A stretch of DNA of 63,191 bases, the filler included, from Globobulimina sp. (lineage: Eukaryota): NCBI GenBank assembly GCA_003354225.1. It is 45 parts of 45 records of this genome, joined end to end, with 100 filler letters (N's around TTAATTAATTAA, not from the genome) between each part and the next. Parts side by side here need not be neighbours in the genome. Positions count along the whole stretch, not along the records: positions 11,262 to 12,568 come from PIVH01018983.1; positions 12,669 to 13,975 come from PIVH01018984.1; positions 14,076 to 15,382 come from PIVH01018985.1; positions 15,483 to 16,789 come from PIVH01018986.1; positions 16,890 to 18,196 come from PIVH01018987.1; positions 18,297 to 19,603 come from PIVH01018988.1; positions 19,704 to 21,010 come from PIVH01018989.1; positions 21,111 to 22,417 come from PIVH01018990.1; 37 more parts are not named here. The stretch is one strand, 5' to 3'. The notes beneath the pieces are model-generated. The model saw only the letters and a list, made by a program, of their open reading frames with translations, searched no databases and was not told the origin of the DNA. A program made the translations under genes and the position numbers. Of this stretch, positions 11,262 to 23,924 are shown piece after piece. How positions within the stretch are numbered: the stretch's first letter is position 1; every line of letters starts with the position of its first letter.

Positions 11262-12434
11262 GGACATTCCAAAGTGTTGCCAGACACACAGACACCGCTG
11301 CTCGTATCACAACTTTCATCTCCATTGCACACATCACCGTCACCGCAGTCTATGGCGGTATATACACAGCCAACGTCTGGATCGCATACATGATCCTCAC
11401 ACACGACATCAGCACAGGTTATTGCCTCATAAATGCATCCTCCATCCACGCAGGAACCCGTCTCACATAAATTACCATTGTCGCAAGTCACTTGCTCGCA
11501 GAGATCGTCCAAATATATGCTGAATCGCGATGGACGGACACCGGATACACTCGCCCATTGCCCGCCGACGTATCCGGTCTTACCACAATCTCGAAAGGCC
11601 CCAACTGGCGCATCATTATAATTACAATAGCTCCAATCGGAGGTTCGCGAGACCGCAGTGCTCACATCGTTACTCATTATAAAATTGACGTTTAACGCAT
11701 TAACACCATATTCAGGATGAATATTCGCACGGCCGTCTGGGTCATTATCTGTATAAATATAATTTATTTAAATCTACGCAAACCTACGGGAAAACATGTT
11801 TTTTATGTTTTTTATTATATAATTACCTCCAGACCAGCTTCTCATTAAACCATAGGCATCGACTGCAGCATATTGTGCTGCATCATCCGTTCTGGCATAA
11901 TATATGGTTTGGTAATCAGCGGAACACGAAGGACATTCTCGGCGAATAATACCACTGTCTGCAAATAATGCATTAAAAAGGTCACGGCCGACATCGTTCT
12001 GATCACCTGAGGCCGCGGGAAAGTTTGTAAACTCCATTGCTACTGCAAAATCTGTAGAAATATGTTAAAATATAAATGTACATATGATGTGACTGTATAT
12101 ATATCTATATACCTCCATCAATGCACACATAATTATACACGAATTCTTTCGCGCATCCACCTGCCGGATCGCCATAGGAGTTGAAATGACTGATAGTGTA
12201 CGTACAGGTTTCTTTACCATCACATTCCCCGGAAACATCTACTAATGCATTGTTTGCTGTCACTGTATTGCCTGTATGGCCAATACAATTTAAACCATAC
12301 GTTGCCTCTAACACTCGTATGGTCTGACCAGCATCACATGTTATTGCAAATTGTTTGCCACTGGCTTCCTGTGAAACTGAACGACTAAATACTACACCAA
12401 TGATACACGATAACGAGATTAATTTGGATATCAT
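11262..12434 (-). CDS. Secreted protein: signal peptide, SUEL/galactose-binding lectin, unknown domain, Cys-rich repeats; introns 12052-12112 and 11749-11826
   Basis: C..GQTIRVLEATYG..C, CDGKETC, GDPAGGCAK are SUEL motifs; CDNGNLC and CGDGDVCNG repeats; both GT-AG introns keep the frame. Confidence 0.8.
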
Positions 12435-12748
12435 CTTGCTTTTAAAAGACACACGTTAATGTCTGAATTGTCAGTTATTGTCTGTCTAGAGCACTGCACT
12501 TTTTTTTAAATTGTTGAATTGGATTTTGGTGATATGAAAAAGAATGTAAGTAGAGTAGTAGACACAATNNNNNNNNNNNNNNNNNNNNNNNNNNNNNNNN
12601 NNNNNNNNNNNNTTAATTAATTAANNNNNNNNNNNNNNNNNNNNNNNNNNNNNNNNNNNNNNNNNNNNATTTATACAGTACATTGTTACTATGGTTACTA
12701 TGCTACTACTAACAGTATACATGGGTCTTAGCGATTTTCGGAACTCGA

Positions 12749-12950
12749 AAATCCTGACTTTTTCCTGACCAAAATCCTGATTTTTCCTGAAATTACTATG
12801 TTTAACACGCCCGACGGCGAAAACAAAAGAAAGGAAGGTTACATTAACCCGATTTTTCCTAACTTTTATGGAAAAATAGCTCTAAATCCCGACTTTCCTG
12901 ACTTTTTACGAAAAATATTTAAAATCCTGACTTTTCATGACTTTCCTGAC
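12749..12950. repeat. Dispersed AAATCCTGACTTTT(CCTGA) motif cluster, transposon/MITE-like
   Basis: At least 4 imperfect copies in a non-coding contig. Confidence 0.6.
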
Positions 12951-13181
12951 CACTAAGACCTTTGAGTATACTACAACTGTATACAATATACTACAGTATG
13001 TGCAGGTACGCTCACAAAGAAGCACACAAAACGCAAAAAGTTTGCAAAAAATGACAAATAGTACGCTACCTCTAGCACGTGTTTTTGTAGTTTCCTCTAG
13101 TACTATTGTATTGTATTGTAACATATTGGGCGTTTTAATCTAGAAAACCTGGTTTTAGGCCAGACCATCGTGATATATTTT

Positions 13182-13296
13182 AATCACTTTCCAAAAAATA
13201 TCTCCTGGTGTTCAGGAGCTCACAATGGAATATAAATAATTATCTATATTCTATTGTGAGCTCCTGAACACCAGGAGATAATTTTGGAAAGTGATT
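13182..13296. repeat. Near-perfect palindrome of about 115 bp
   Basis: TATCTCCTGGTGTTCAGGAGCTCACAAT ... ATTGTGAGCTCCTGAACACCAGGAGATA with outer arms AATCACTTTCCAAAA / TTTTGGAAAGTGATT and centre ATAATTAT. Confidence 0.95.
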
Positions 13297-14280
13297 TAAT
13301 GATAAATATTTCAATATTTTCTATGTCAATTTTGAAACATTAGTTGGACGGGTTGAGTGCATGGGGGTAGGGAGCCCCATAGCGTTTTCGGCGACCACTC
13401 GATACCATGTGTTATCACATGGTATATGGACTAACTCTATCTAAAGGTACAATAAGGCAGAATGATGCTTAAGTATGCCTCTAAATCGCCAGAAACTGTT
13501 GCTTAAAGGTGATATTCATCGTTTTTGTAACATATTATCAAATTTTCTAACATTTAGGGGCAAAATTTGGTGATTTTGATAAGTTTTTGTGCTAATTGGG
13601 ATTGGTATTGGGTAATTGGAAAATTGGGTTTTAGTAATTGAATTGGGATTGGGTATTGTATAATTGGGTTTTTTTTTACTAAATGGTAACACTACAAAAT
13701 TTGTTACTTTTTTGCATTTTGTGAGCTTATTGTGAGCGTACCGACGCACATACATACGATGCATACCTTCGAGTTCCTTTTCGTTTATTTGTTGCTGATT
13801 GGTGCAGGGTATTCCATCTCCTGAAGGGACCACGTCACTGATACCTGGAAAAGGGATATTAATTAAATTATAACAGTATAGTACAGTATACTGTTACAAC
13901 AGTATGCTACTAATGTATACAGTATACTACATACAGTACAGTATGCTGCTGCTGCAATGCAGCCCCTGCTACTCCNNNNNNNNNNNNNNNNNNNNNNNNN
14001 NNNNNNNNNNNNNNNNNNNTTAATTAATTAANNNNNNNNNNNNNNNNNNNNNNNNNNNNNNNNNNNNNNNNNNNNCGATTTTTATCTGAATTTATAATCA
14101 AGGCTGAAAAAAAATAAGTTTACAATACTTATTGAACATTTAACAAAGAAACCAACAAACACCCACACACTAGAGAGCCATAATAATTTCTAAATGCAAA
14201 TCGTTTCAAACAATATATATTTGCAGCAAGTATCCACGCACAACAACAAAAATAATACACTAAAATAAAAATATAAAACC

Positions 14281-15382
14281 TCAGTATGCTAAATGTGCGA
14301 CAAATAAAGTCATATCAATACATTCATAATCCACTTTCGAGATATTCCCTTTCCATAATTGATACGGTTTCGAATAATAAATACCACCATATTGCGTATC
14401 ATAATAATACCCCTGATAATAAGCAATAACATTTTGTAATATTTCCAACCAGTTATCATTCTCTTCCTCATCATAGAAATTCCAATAATAATACAATGTT
14501 TTAATCCCATTACAAACGGTCCAATATGGCGGATTCGTATATTTATCATAGTCAATTTTATCATGAATTCTGTCCAATTCCTTGTCATATCCTAAATTGA
14601 CTGCATATTGCAAAAATAACAGTGCATAGTCCCTATTCGGATTATGCACATTTGTTTCAATTATATTATGGTCAATAAAATACGATATCAAATATGACCA
14701 TTTATACGCATTGCCCAACGACACATAGCTCGACAACGGTTGCGTCCAATTTTGATTGTACTCTTCATATAACACGTAATAATTAACCAGCCCCAATGGG
14801 TACGGATGCAGTAAATCGTTGCAAACGAAATCAAATATCGACACAATATCTTGTCTATGACATGAAGTAAAAACAAAATTAAAATCATTTTGGAAAACAA
14901 CGTATACACAAAACAAAGAAGAAATGAGTTGCATACTTAATGAGAGTTAAACTTAATAAATTTTTATACTTTGGCGTATAATATATATTCTGTGCCACGC
15001 GCAATAATTGCGACAACGCTTCGAAATAATACATCAAACTCTGTTGCGATTTCGTCTCTGTTTCGCCCACAATCTCCGTCCAATTATTTGACAAATTATC
15101 ATAAATCCCGCCATAATCATCGATGAAATATTGTTGAAACACACCGTAAGAATGATTCAATATATCCAAATATATTTCTTTTTGCTGTATTTCCGAATTT
15201 GGAGTGCTAATAAATGCGGTCGAGACGGCATACATTGTGAGCGAGTGAGCTATGCTATTTTTGGTCTTATCGATATCAATGATTGTGCTCGAATTGCTTT
15301 CTTTGATGGAATAATAAAAACCACCGTTTTCGCTGTCATTAAACCGGGTCAATAACACATTGATGCCATGGATCATTGCCAT
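14281..15382 (-). CDS. AGE/cellobiose 2-epimerase superfamily protein, divergent, 5'-partial; intron 14855-14936
   Basis: FNDSENGGFY, DDYGGIY, KSQQSLMYYFEAL, VSLGNAYKWSYL, YDTQYGGIY and KGNISKVDY follow the AGE motif order. Confidence 0.7.
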
Positions 15383-15482
15383 NNNNNNNNNNNNNNNNNN
15401 NNNNNNNNNNNNNNNNNNNNNNNNNNTTAATTAATTAANNNNNNNNNNNNNNNNNNNNNNNNNNNNNNNNNNNNNNNNNNNN

Positions 15483-16506
15483 AGCCTACATATTTTAGTA
15501 ATTTTGGTTGTGGTATTTGTTGCATGCACGACAACGTTGCACCTCCAATTCTAAAGGAATAGCCAGTCAATCTTTTTGGTTCTGGTTCATTCATCAATTT
15601 GGCGATTTCTTTTGCTATTTTGCCTAAGTTTTTTGTTGTTGCTGCAATTCCATTTTTAAATCTGAATACTGGCGTTTTATTTGTAAATGGGAAATTATTT
15701 GAATTTAATGATAATTTTCGGCAACGTTTTAAATATGTAAATAATAATTGGTATGGATTTATTAAATTGCATGGACATATTTTGAATGTGCCTGGAATGT
15801 ATCTATTGCCACAGGCACTATTCCCAATTATTATTTTTTTTACATATTTCTTAGATGTTTGATTTTTGAATGATGATATATATAAAATGAAATACCATTC
15901 TTTTGGATTGGTTGCATCCGTATTATGGTAAATATCACCTAAATTTAAGCCGAATTTGGATGTGCTTCCAATTACTTTCAATAATTCGCACGGTCTTGGC
16001 ATTGTGCAAAAGTATATTTGGGCTAATAATACTTTTAAATAATTATCCAAAGGTATTGTTTTTAAATGCTTTCCATAGCAATTATAATGTTTTGTATATT
16101 GAAAAATATGATTTAATTCAAAAGGAAGCCTTGTATCAGATTCTTCTGCATATTCTTTTTTTAATTCTTTTTTAAACGTTGAAAAATAATAATTATCTTT
16201 AAATGTTGGTTTATAACCTTTTATTTTGCATAGCCAACTTAGTGACGATTGCCACGTACAAATAGACGCTACGCTTCCTGCTTGTAACGCCCTTTCGGAG
16301 AACCAATAAATTATTACAATTGGATCTAAGGGCATTGCAAAAGGATCCTCTGCATATTCAATGCAATATTTTGCCCAATTTCTTAAGCTTGATACATAAT
16401 TTGTTTTTGTTGTTGTATCATTATAAGCTTCTTTTATTTTATTTATATGATTTTTATTTCTTGTATCTTTTCTTGCCATTCTATTATTGGCTAATCTCTC
16501 TCTCAT
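15483..16506 (-). mobile_element. Tyrosine recombinase of a DIRS-like YR retrotransposon, 3'-partial
   Basis: T..NY.S..RNW..YC N-terminal domain, RLPF, MPRPCEL (catalytic R), SFKN (K), GYSFRIGGAT, KYVG. Confidence 0.85.
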
Positions 16507-16889
16507 ATGATCTATTTATATTTTTATTGTATTTAATTCTTTTATAATTATAATTAATTTTAAAATTGTATACCGAATTATAACGCTTATGTAATTTTAT
16601 TAAACCACCATTAAAGTAGTCATAATGCAACAGTTTGCAACATTTACTGAGATTACATAAGTTTCATTATAATTATATTATAAGAAATTTGTTTATATTT
16701 TGTAAAACTTGTTTCTCACAGTTAAGTCGCAAAGTTTTGTAGTAAGTGCTATTTTTTGTGCCCTTGACTTTTTACTCCGAGCATCGGCTNNNNNNNNNNN
16801 NNNNNNNNNNNNNNNNNNNNNNNNNNNNNNNNNTTAATTAATTAANNNNNNNNNNNNNNNNNNNNNNNNNNNNNNNNNNNNNNNNNNNN

Positions 16890-17642
16890 TCATATTTGTC
16901 ACAGATTGGAATCAATAAAATGGATTTGTGTTTGGGGTCGAAGCGAGATTTAAAGCATAAATCGTTGTTTCAGCCGTTGTTAACTCCGATCAATGTACAG
17001 ATTGACATTGAGACAGATTCGATTGATATAAATAAGAATAATGTGAAAGTGCATAATATTGGAAATATTGAATTGTTGCTGAATCCAGAGATTATAACAT
17101 CGAATGCATTGAAAATTGATAAATTGGTAAAGGATATAACTAAAATTATTAAAAAAAGAATTAAAGAAAACAGGCGAATGTTTGATGTTGTTGCTATTGA
17201 AGAGGAGGAAGAGAAAAAAGAAAAGAATGAGAATGTAAATATAATAAACATGGATGATATATTAATGGTAAAATCAAATGATATGAATTCAAAATATTTT
17301 GTATCATTACAGTACATTCATAAATCATGCAATTTAAAAGAAACCACAATTGCGGGGTATTGGGTAATATTGCAATCAGAAAATAATAATTCTGATCAAT
17401 ATGTGTTTGGCAAAAATAAGAATAACAATAATATTGCCGTCATTAAATTGAAAAATGTATTAAGAAATGTTGATGATAAATATATGACAATACAAACACG
17501 ACATATGCAAAACGAAGGTAATACGAATATGGTGCAGTGGATTGTGAGTGATAAACAGCAATTTGTACACTATTTGCAACAAATGGAAAAATCAAAGCTT
17601 GGCATTGAGGTTTATATTGAGAATATTGATTTGCTTGAGTGA
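16890..17642 (+). CDS. Hypothetical protein, 5'-partial
   Basis: About 250-codon open frame ending TGA; no confident domain. Confidence 0.6.
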   Translation, partial: SYLSQIGINKMDLCLGSKRDLKHKSLFQPLLTPINVQIDIETDSIDINKNNVKVHNIGNIELLLNPEIITSNALKIDKLVKDITKIIKKRIKENRRMFDVVAIEEEEEKKEKNENVNIINMDDILMVKSNDMNSKYFVSLQYIHKSCNLKETTIAGYWVILQSENNNSDQYVFGKNKNNNNIAVIKLKNVLRNVDDKYMTIQTRHMQNEGNTNMVQWIVSDKQQFVHYLQQMEKSKLGIEVYIENIDLLE

Positions 17643-17679
17643 GTTGAGTGAGTTAATTCGTTTTTTTTCATTTTTGTTT

Positions 17680-18196
17680 TTACAATGCTGGATAAAAGTA
17701 TTCAAAATCACTCAGATAATATTGCCTTATCAGTTGTTTATTGGTTTCATTGATATCATCCACGACCAAATTTGAACAGTTACTCCGAGGTCTTTCTGTC
17801 AAATACAATGGATTTGTTAAATCACTCTTGGTGATATTTCTTGTATCCTCGAATAACTGTAACAAAGCAATAAATTCATTTTCCAAATCTTCAAATCTTA
17901 TCACATGTTTCATTATCTTTTCTTTTTTATAATATATAAAATTAGATTGTGGCACAAAATGACAATTTTCTAAATTCCATTTGATATTATTATTCAATAA
18001 ACCTTCAAATATGATACTTGTCACATCATTAAACCGAGAAACATCACAAAAATCATCCTGCAAACTACCACTCGCAACAAAACCTATATCTCGCAGCAAA
18101 AACTTCCAACACGGAAACCGATCATTGCCATAACAAAATTTATACTCTGACATGTATCTATCGAATGGATTTCGAACCACTGTGAACAAATCTGTT
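17680..18196 (-). CDS. Sulfotransferase family 2 protein, 5'-partial
   Basis: FTVVRNPFDRYMSEY (3'-PB motif), HFVPQ, IRFEDL, YYLSDFEYF. Confidence 0.88.
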
Positions 18197-18496
18197 NNNN
18201 NNNNNNNNNNNNNNNNNNNNNNNNNNNNNNNNNNNNNNNNTTAATTAATTAANNNNNNNNNNNNNNNNNNNNNNNNNNNNNNNNNNNNNNNNNNNNCTAT
18301 ACGAAAATAATCAATGAGATTCATATTTAGGATCGCCAATCTAAAAGACAAGTGTAGACATTGGAGACATGAAATGTAACGGTCTCGAAAATCACTTAGT
18401 TGGCCAAAGTCAATTGTTTTGTTTCCTTGTGTTAACTCCAAGTGATTCTTACTTGTGAATGTTTATGTTGCATGGGTCCAGCAGAAAACAAACAAC

Positions 18497-19603
18497 AATG
18501 TCACATTTCCAATTGCCTGATAAAGCAATAATATACTGGGATTATGGAACAATGCCATTGGAAAATACAAGCAATGCCCGCATCATATTAACAGTGATCA
18601 AAAGTAGGTTATTCCATTCTGTTGGATACAAATTGCACGTACATATAAAAGCATATATTCATTCGTCAAACCTGACAAAAGAAATAAAAAATACATTTGA
18701 TAGCAATGGAATTGATATGATTCAGGTTGACGAAATCAGCAAAAGATTAATTGTTGACATAGCATTTTCTGTTTATGACCTTCAAAGACAAAATAAATCA
18801 CAAGTCATGGCTTTAATATCAGGCGATGTGAGTTTTGTTGATTTGTTATTCAAAATACATCGAACCCCGCCGGTATCACACATATGTTTGATTTTATTGC
18901 GAGATATATCAATGAGGAATAAACTAAAGTTATCAAAGAACATTGACGATGTATTTCAAATACAATGCGATCAGAACAAATACAATCAATCAATAAATAA
19001 TGAATTAATGAGTCAAACGTCGATTGTGCAAAATACAAATAATAATAATGATTTATTCAAGAATGATGCTTGTGATAACAAAGAAATTTCGATTAACGTA
19101 AGATTTTGTAACAGCGATAATTATGCATCAACCCAAAGAACTGCGATGAGTTTGCGTTTGGATGCATCGATTGATTCAATTAAACAAATTATAAAATCAA
19201 AGTATATTACCAAATATTCACATTATGCAAAATATGCAAAATATTCAAAACGGGCGGTTTATTTTTCAAAATTAACTCCAAGAATGGTTAATACAAAGAC
19301 CACGAATACATTGAGAGATTATTTGGTTTCCGATGGAGATACAATTGGGTGGCATTGGAGCAAGAATGGTGAACGACATCGAACATTTCAAAGAAGAATA
19401 ACTATGAATATAAAAGAAATAAATAAAATGTCAAATACATTTATACTGAAATGGAAAGTCAAAAATCATATCGATAATATCAGAGTAGCAGTTTATCGAA
19501 GAAACAAACATTTAAATGTAGCAAAATCTGCATTTAAATTGCTATATAATAAAATTGAATTAATTGATGGAAATATACTTTACGATTATAATATGGCTGA
19601 TAA
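18497..19603 (+). CDS. Degenerate NYN (PIN-fold, MARF1/LabA-like) domain plus ubiquitin-like domain, 3'-partial
   Basis: IYWDYGTMP, IVDI, LISGDVSF match the NYN layout; SIDSIKQII...TLRDYLVSDGDTI is Ubl-like. Confidence 0.7.
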
Positions 19604-19703
19604 NNNNNNNNNNNNNNNNNNNNNNNNNNNNNNNNNNNNNNNNNNNNTTAATTAATTAANNNNNNNNNNNNNNNNNNNNNNNNNNNNNNNNNNNNNNNNN
19701 NNN

Positions 19704-20980
19704 AAGAAAGGGGGAATGTTAAGTAGTATTTTTTATGTTTGTACAGTAATGAGATTGGTGGTAATATGTGTATTTGTATACAGACTGTCGACATTGACAT
19801 ACAAGTACAAGATATTTGTGCATCGGCCATGAATCATGTATTGATATATATGTACACCGGGCATGTCACTGTAACCTCAAAGGACTTAATACCGTTATTT
19901 ACATTGGTGGAGAGATTAAAAATGAAGGGAGACATTGAAAAACAGTTATTATCCAATATCCGAAATCAATACGAAGGCAACGATGACGTGTTGATACCAT
20001 ATTTGTTACAAAGTAAATCTGTCGATGCACATTCTATTATCGATGAATTGCAATTGCAAATCATAAAAAAAGCAGAACAGAAACAATTAAGACATGTTGG
20101 TTTACAAAATTTAATGTTTGATCAATTCGAGCCATTATTTAAAGAATCGATTATTTTGTGTTCGAAACATAATATAAATGCAAATGTGCCGTACAATTTA
20201 ATTATTAAATATGTTAATTATATTACATTAATTGCAGCCAATCAATCTGACAATTTTAAAGATAAACGGTTTGCGAGAGCCATCTTACAGAAATTATTGC
20301 GTTTGAAAGAATTTGATGGCGACATTTGTAGTATTTATCAATGCATTGAATTTATAAAAATAATGGACATTTTGTATGGTGAACACGATGAGACAGATTT
20401 ATTATTATTTTATAAAGAATGTCTAAACAAAGTACAATTTGAATTCAATCCCTTTGATGCCGACGATTGTTTATCTTTAAATGAGTTATTACCCAAAACA
20501 TTCAATACCATATTGGTGAATGCCTTACATTTACAAAAATCTATGATTGAAGTTGCGATTTTAAAATATCGGGAATTGAATTATGCAAAATATAAAAACC
20601 AATTAAAAGCGTTTAATTTCAAATCTATTTTGAATCAAAGATCGCAAATTTATGGGGAACAACCAATGACAATCTCGATTGTACGAACCTTAAAAAGAAG
20701 GGAAAAAAAAGAATTATCGCCACCGATTATTCGTACTCCACCATCTCCGCCGAAATCGCATAATGAGTGTTTCTCGCCGGTTGCGCCGAGATATCGCATT
20801 GCGCCAAAATTAACAAATAATAAATCAAATGTTTCCTTATTAGAACAAATTGAGCCCGTTCCAGTTACTCCAGACATTCTCGACGCGGCCATCGCGCAGA
20901 TTCAACAAGAAAATCTACAACGAAATAGTTCCCAAACTGACATTGATGCGATTATTGAAACAAAATATATTAAAAGTTAA
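19704..20980 (+). CDS. BTB/POZ-domain protein, 5'-partial; probable intron 19718-19783
   Basis: I.VQDICASAMNHVLIYMYTGHV...LF.LVERL is the BTB C-terminal half. Confidence 0.75.
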
Positions 20981-21110
20981 ATTTCTAGATTTATTTTTTT
21001 ATATTTGCTCNNNNNNNNNNNNNNNNNNNNNNNNNNNNNNNNNNNNNNNNNNNNTTAATTAATTAANNNNNNNNNNNNNNNNNNNNNNNNNNNNNNNNNN
21101 NNNNNNNNNN

Positions 21111-21805
21111 TAAATGTTTCTATACAGTTCAATCATACGTTCAAGCACGAAATCAGCTAAGTCTTGGACTTCATATGTGTTCATTGCGGTGTAGTCAGAT
21201 AGATGATACTGCAGGACACGGAAGGGGTGATATTCATTGAGGGCATGAATTATTTTTTTATGCTGATTGAGGACTATTAAGGGGCGTAGTTCCGAGGAGG
21301 ACTCTACATCATCAAATACATCGACCAATGTGTTTATGCCTTCAATGATTCGTTGTTCGTCTGGCAACCACGTGTTTTTCAAATCGGAGTACTGTTTATA
21401 AAGTGTGTAATTTTGGATGTTTGGATTGGTCCTCCATTTGTGCATATATGTGATGGGTTTATTTTTGCATAGTTTCCAATAGAAAGCAAGTTTTAGGACT
21501 GCCCATCTTTCAATGGGGGGGGACGGGATGCCTGCAAATATAGAGAATTGCTCAAAGACGAATTCTTTGATGCCTGTGTGGTTATGGATCACTTTTATTT
21601 GTTTATTGGTGGCTTCTTGCAGGTTTATGTCGTTGCAATCTAAAACTTGCGCTAATATCTCCGTATATACTAAATAAAAAGTTTTCAGTATTCTTATTTT
21701 GTCACTTAGTGAAATAAAGCTGTGATTAAAATCAAGCTGTGTCAGCATTCTTGCTTTCTGGTCCAACTTGTTTAGGAAGCTGCGAACACCAAGCCATAGA
21801 ACCCC
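21111..21805 (-). pseudogene. Non-LTR retrotransposon ORF2 remnant (RT thumb and C-terminal region)
   Basis: In-frame WLGV (like YLGV) upstream of the called ORF, then KIRILKTF..TEILAQV and GIPSPPIERW..LKLAFYWKL; RT core absent. Confidence 0.45.
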
Positions 21806-21914
21806 TATAAATTATAATAATCCTTGCACAGCACACAGTGTTTTATAATTATTGTTTCTTCGTAGCACGCATTGTTAGCCCAGACATATAATTTATATAA
21901 ATTATTTATTAAAA

Positions 21915-22417
21915 TTATGAATTAAAATGTATTGCAACTCTCAAAGTCAATGAACTTACACCATTCAATAACATCTGCTCAAACAAATAGATATTTTTTG
22001 ATTTAACAGCGGATAAACGATAAAATAGTCTGTTATTTTCTAAATGATTTACATCATCAACAGCAATACAAAAATGTCCATCAACTGATGTGAATGGTAC
22101 ACTTTTAATTTTTAATTGGAATGATGTATATTTATCTTCTGATTGTCTACATATTCCAATTGTAAATCTAACTGTTTTTGTTGCCCCAATCTTATAAGAA
22201 AATTCTTGTTGTGGTGCAATCCATTTATCCTTTGGTCCCACTGTTAATGCTTTAAATTGCTCATCATTCAAACACCAAATATATTCCTCCATAAATTGTA
22301 TTTTTGAGATATTAATTAATGAAAATAAGAATGGTGTCAATATCATCTTATTTGGCATATCTTTCTCAAATATTATTAACTCACTTTGTAATGACTCGGA
22401 TAATAATTCAAATTCGG
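21915..22417 (-). CDS. Hypothetical protein C-terminus with MATH/TRAF-like beta-rich domain, 5'-partial
   Basis: YIWCLN..QF...alternating beta strands...SLTLRVAI; weak. Confidence 0.45.
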
Positions 22418-22963
22418 NNNNNNNNNNNNNNNNNNNNNNNNNNNNNNNNNNNNNNNNNNNNTTAATTAATTAANNNNNNNNNNNNNNNNNNNNNNNNNNN
22501 NNNNNNNNNNNNNNNNNGGGATCCTCGTGATATTCTTTGTAATAAAACGCATAAACCCTGCACACTTCTTAAATTTCAACAGATTTCAGGTCATTGTGAT
22601 GATCGTCGTCGTTTAGTTTCTGCCGCAATTCATCGTTTCTGCCGCAATTCCTATGTACCGGACATCTGCGTATTGGTTATTTTCATTCGGATCGAATGGA
22701 TTAGCTCAATTTTCGTAGTATGATTAAATCGGGAACAGAGTATTAGGCCGTGAACATCATAAATTACCGAGAACAATTTATTCATTACAAATATATACAT
22801 TCATGCATCTCATTGTAGTTAAACTGAGATTGCATGATCAATAATGTGTTATTAATGGAATTGAATTGATTCGGGATGGTATTAATTAATTTATTATATA
22901 GTTCAAATTGTTTGGTTGTCGGGGACAAAGGGGTTTGTTTGTCCATTATCTCACTCTCTTTCT

Positions 22964-23824
22964 TCATTTTATTATATTCATTTGATAATATACAGTTTTG
23001 ATTCGAGGGCGCAGCACATATTTTGTCGGTTTCGAGACATATTTTGTCGGCGTATCTTCATAATAATATAGTTTTAGGTGAATTTTCGGTGCATTGAAGG
23101 TATTATAGCCGGCGTCGGATGGATCGTCATAGTCCGCATTGTCATTGTTAGGTAGCAATGAGCGGATTTTATAGGAGTCATTGGCATTAATTTGTATTAT
23201 CTCAAACAGCCCAATCCAGCGTTCCTCGAATTTCTGGCGATTGCCAATATAATGCGAGGCCATATTATACAATACGTGCTGACCAATGACGAATGGATCA
23301 TCAATCTTATTTTTATCATGCGATGCAGCTCGGAGTTCATCATAAGTCCGTTGGGCCTCATTGGCGTCGCTGCGAATAATATTCAACCGATTTGCCATAA
23401 ATCGGGTATATTCCAATGGATTCTCGCGATCGAACTCGTAATTCAATATTTTATACGGATCGCGGCCAAATACGATATTCATGGGCGAGTATGTGGTCAT
23501 ACGATTCGGCAATGAATTGTATGTATATTGAATGATTGAGAGGTAATCGGACCAATCATCGGTCCCATTTAAAAAATTTAGACCTCCGTCCTGCGCGATC
23601 AACGCCAGCCGCTCCTTCAACCAACGATGTAGTCGCTCGATCTGCCCATTACATTCTGGATGGTATGTCGCTGTGTACTTTCTTTTGACATCACCATGGT
23701 TCAACATATAATTTTTATACATAGATGAGATAAATTGGCTGCCATTATCGGATAGGATACTTTCGGGCGGCCCAAACGTTGCGGTCCATTTATCTATGGC
23801 TTTGATGACGGAAATGGCTCGAAT
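22964..23824 (-). mobile_element. Ty3/Gypsy LTR retrotransposon integrase (rve core and GPY/F-type C-terminus), 5'-partial
   Basis: FGPPESILSDNGSQF, YHPECNGQIERLHR, YNS...TTYSP..IVFGR, RWIGLFEI. Confidence 0.93.
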
Positions 23825-23924
23825 NNNNNNNNNNNNNNNNNNNNNNNNNNNNNNNNNNNNNNNNNNNNTTAATTAATTAANNNNNNNNNNNNNNNNNNNN
23901 NNNNNNNNNNNNNNNNNNNNNNNN

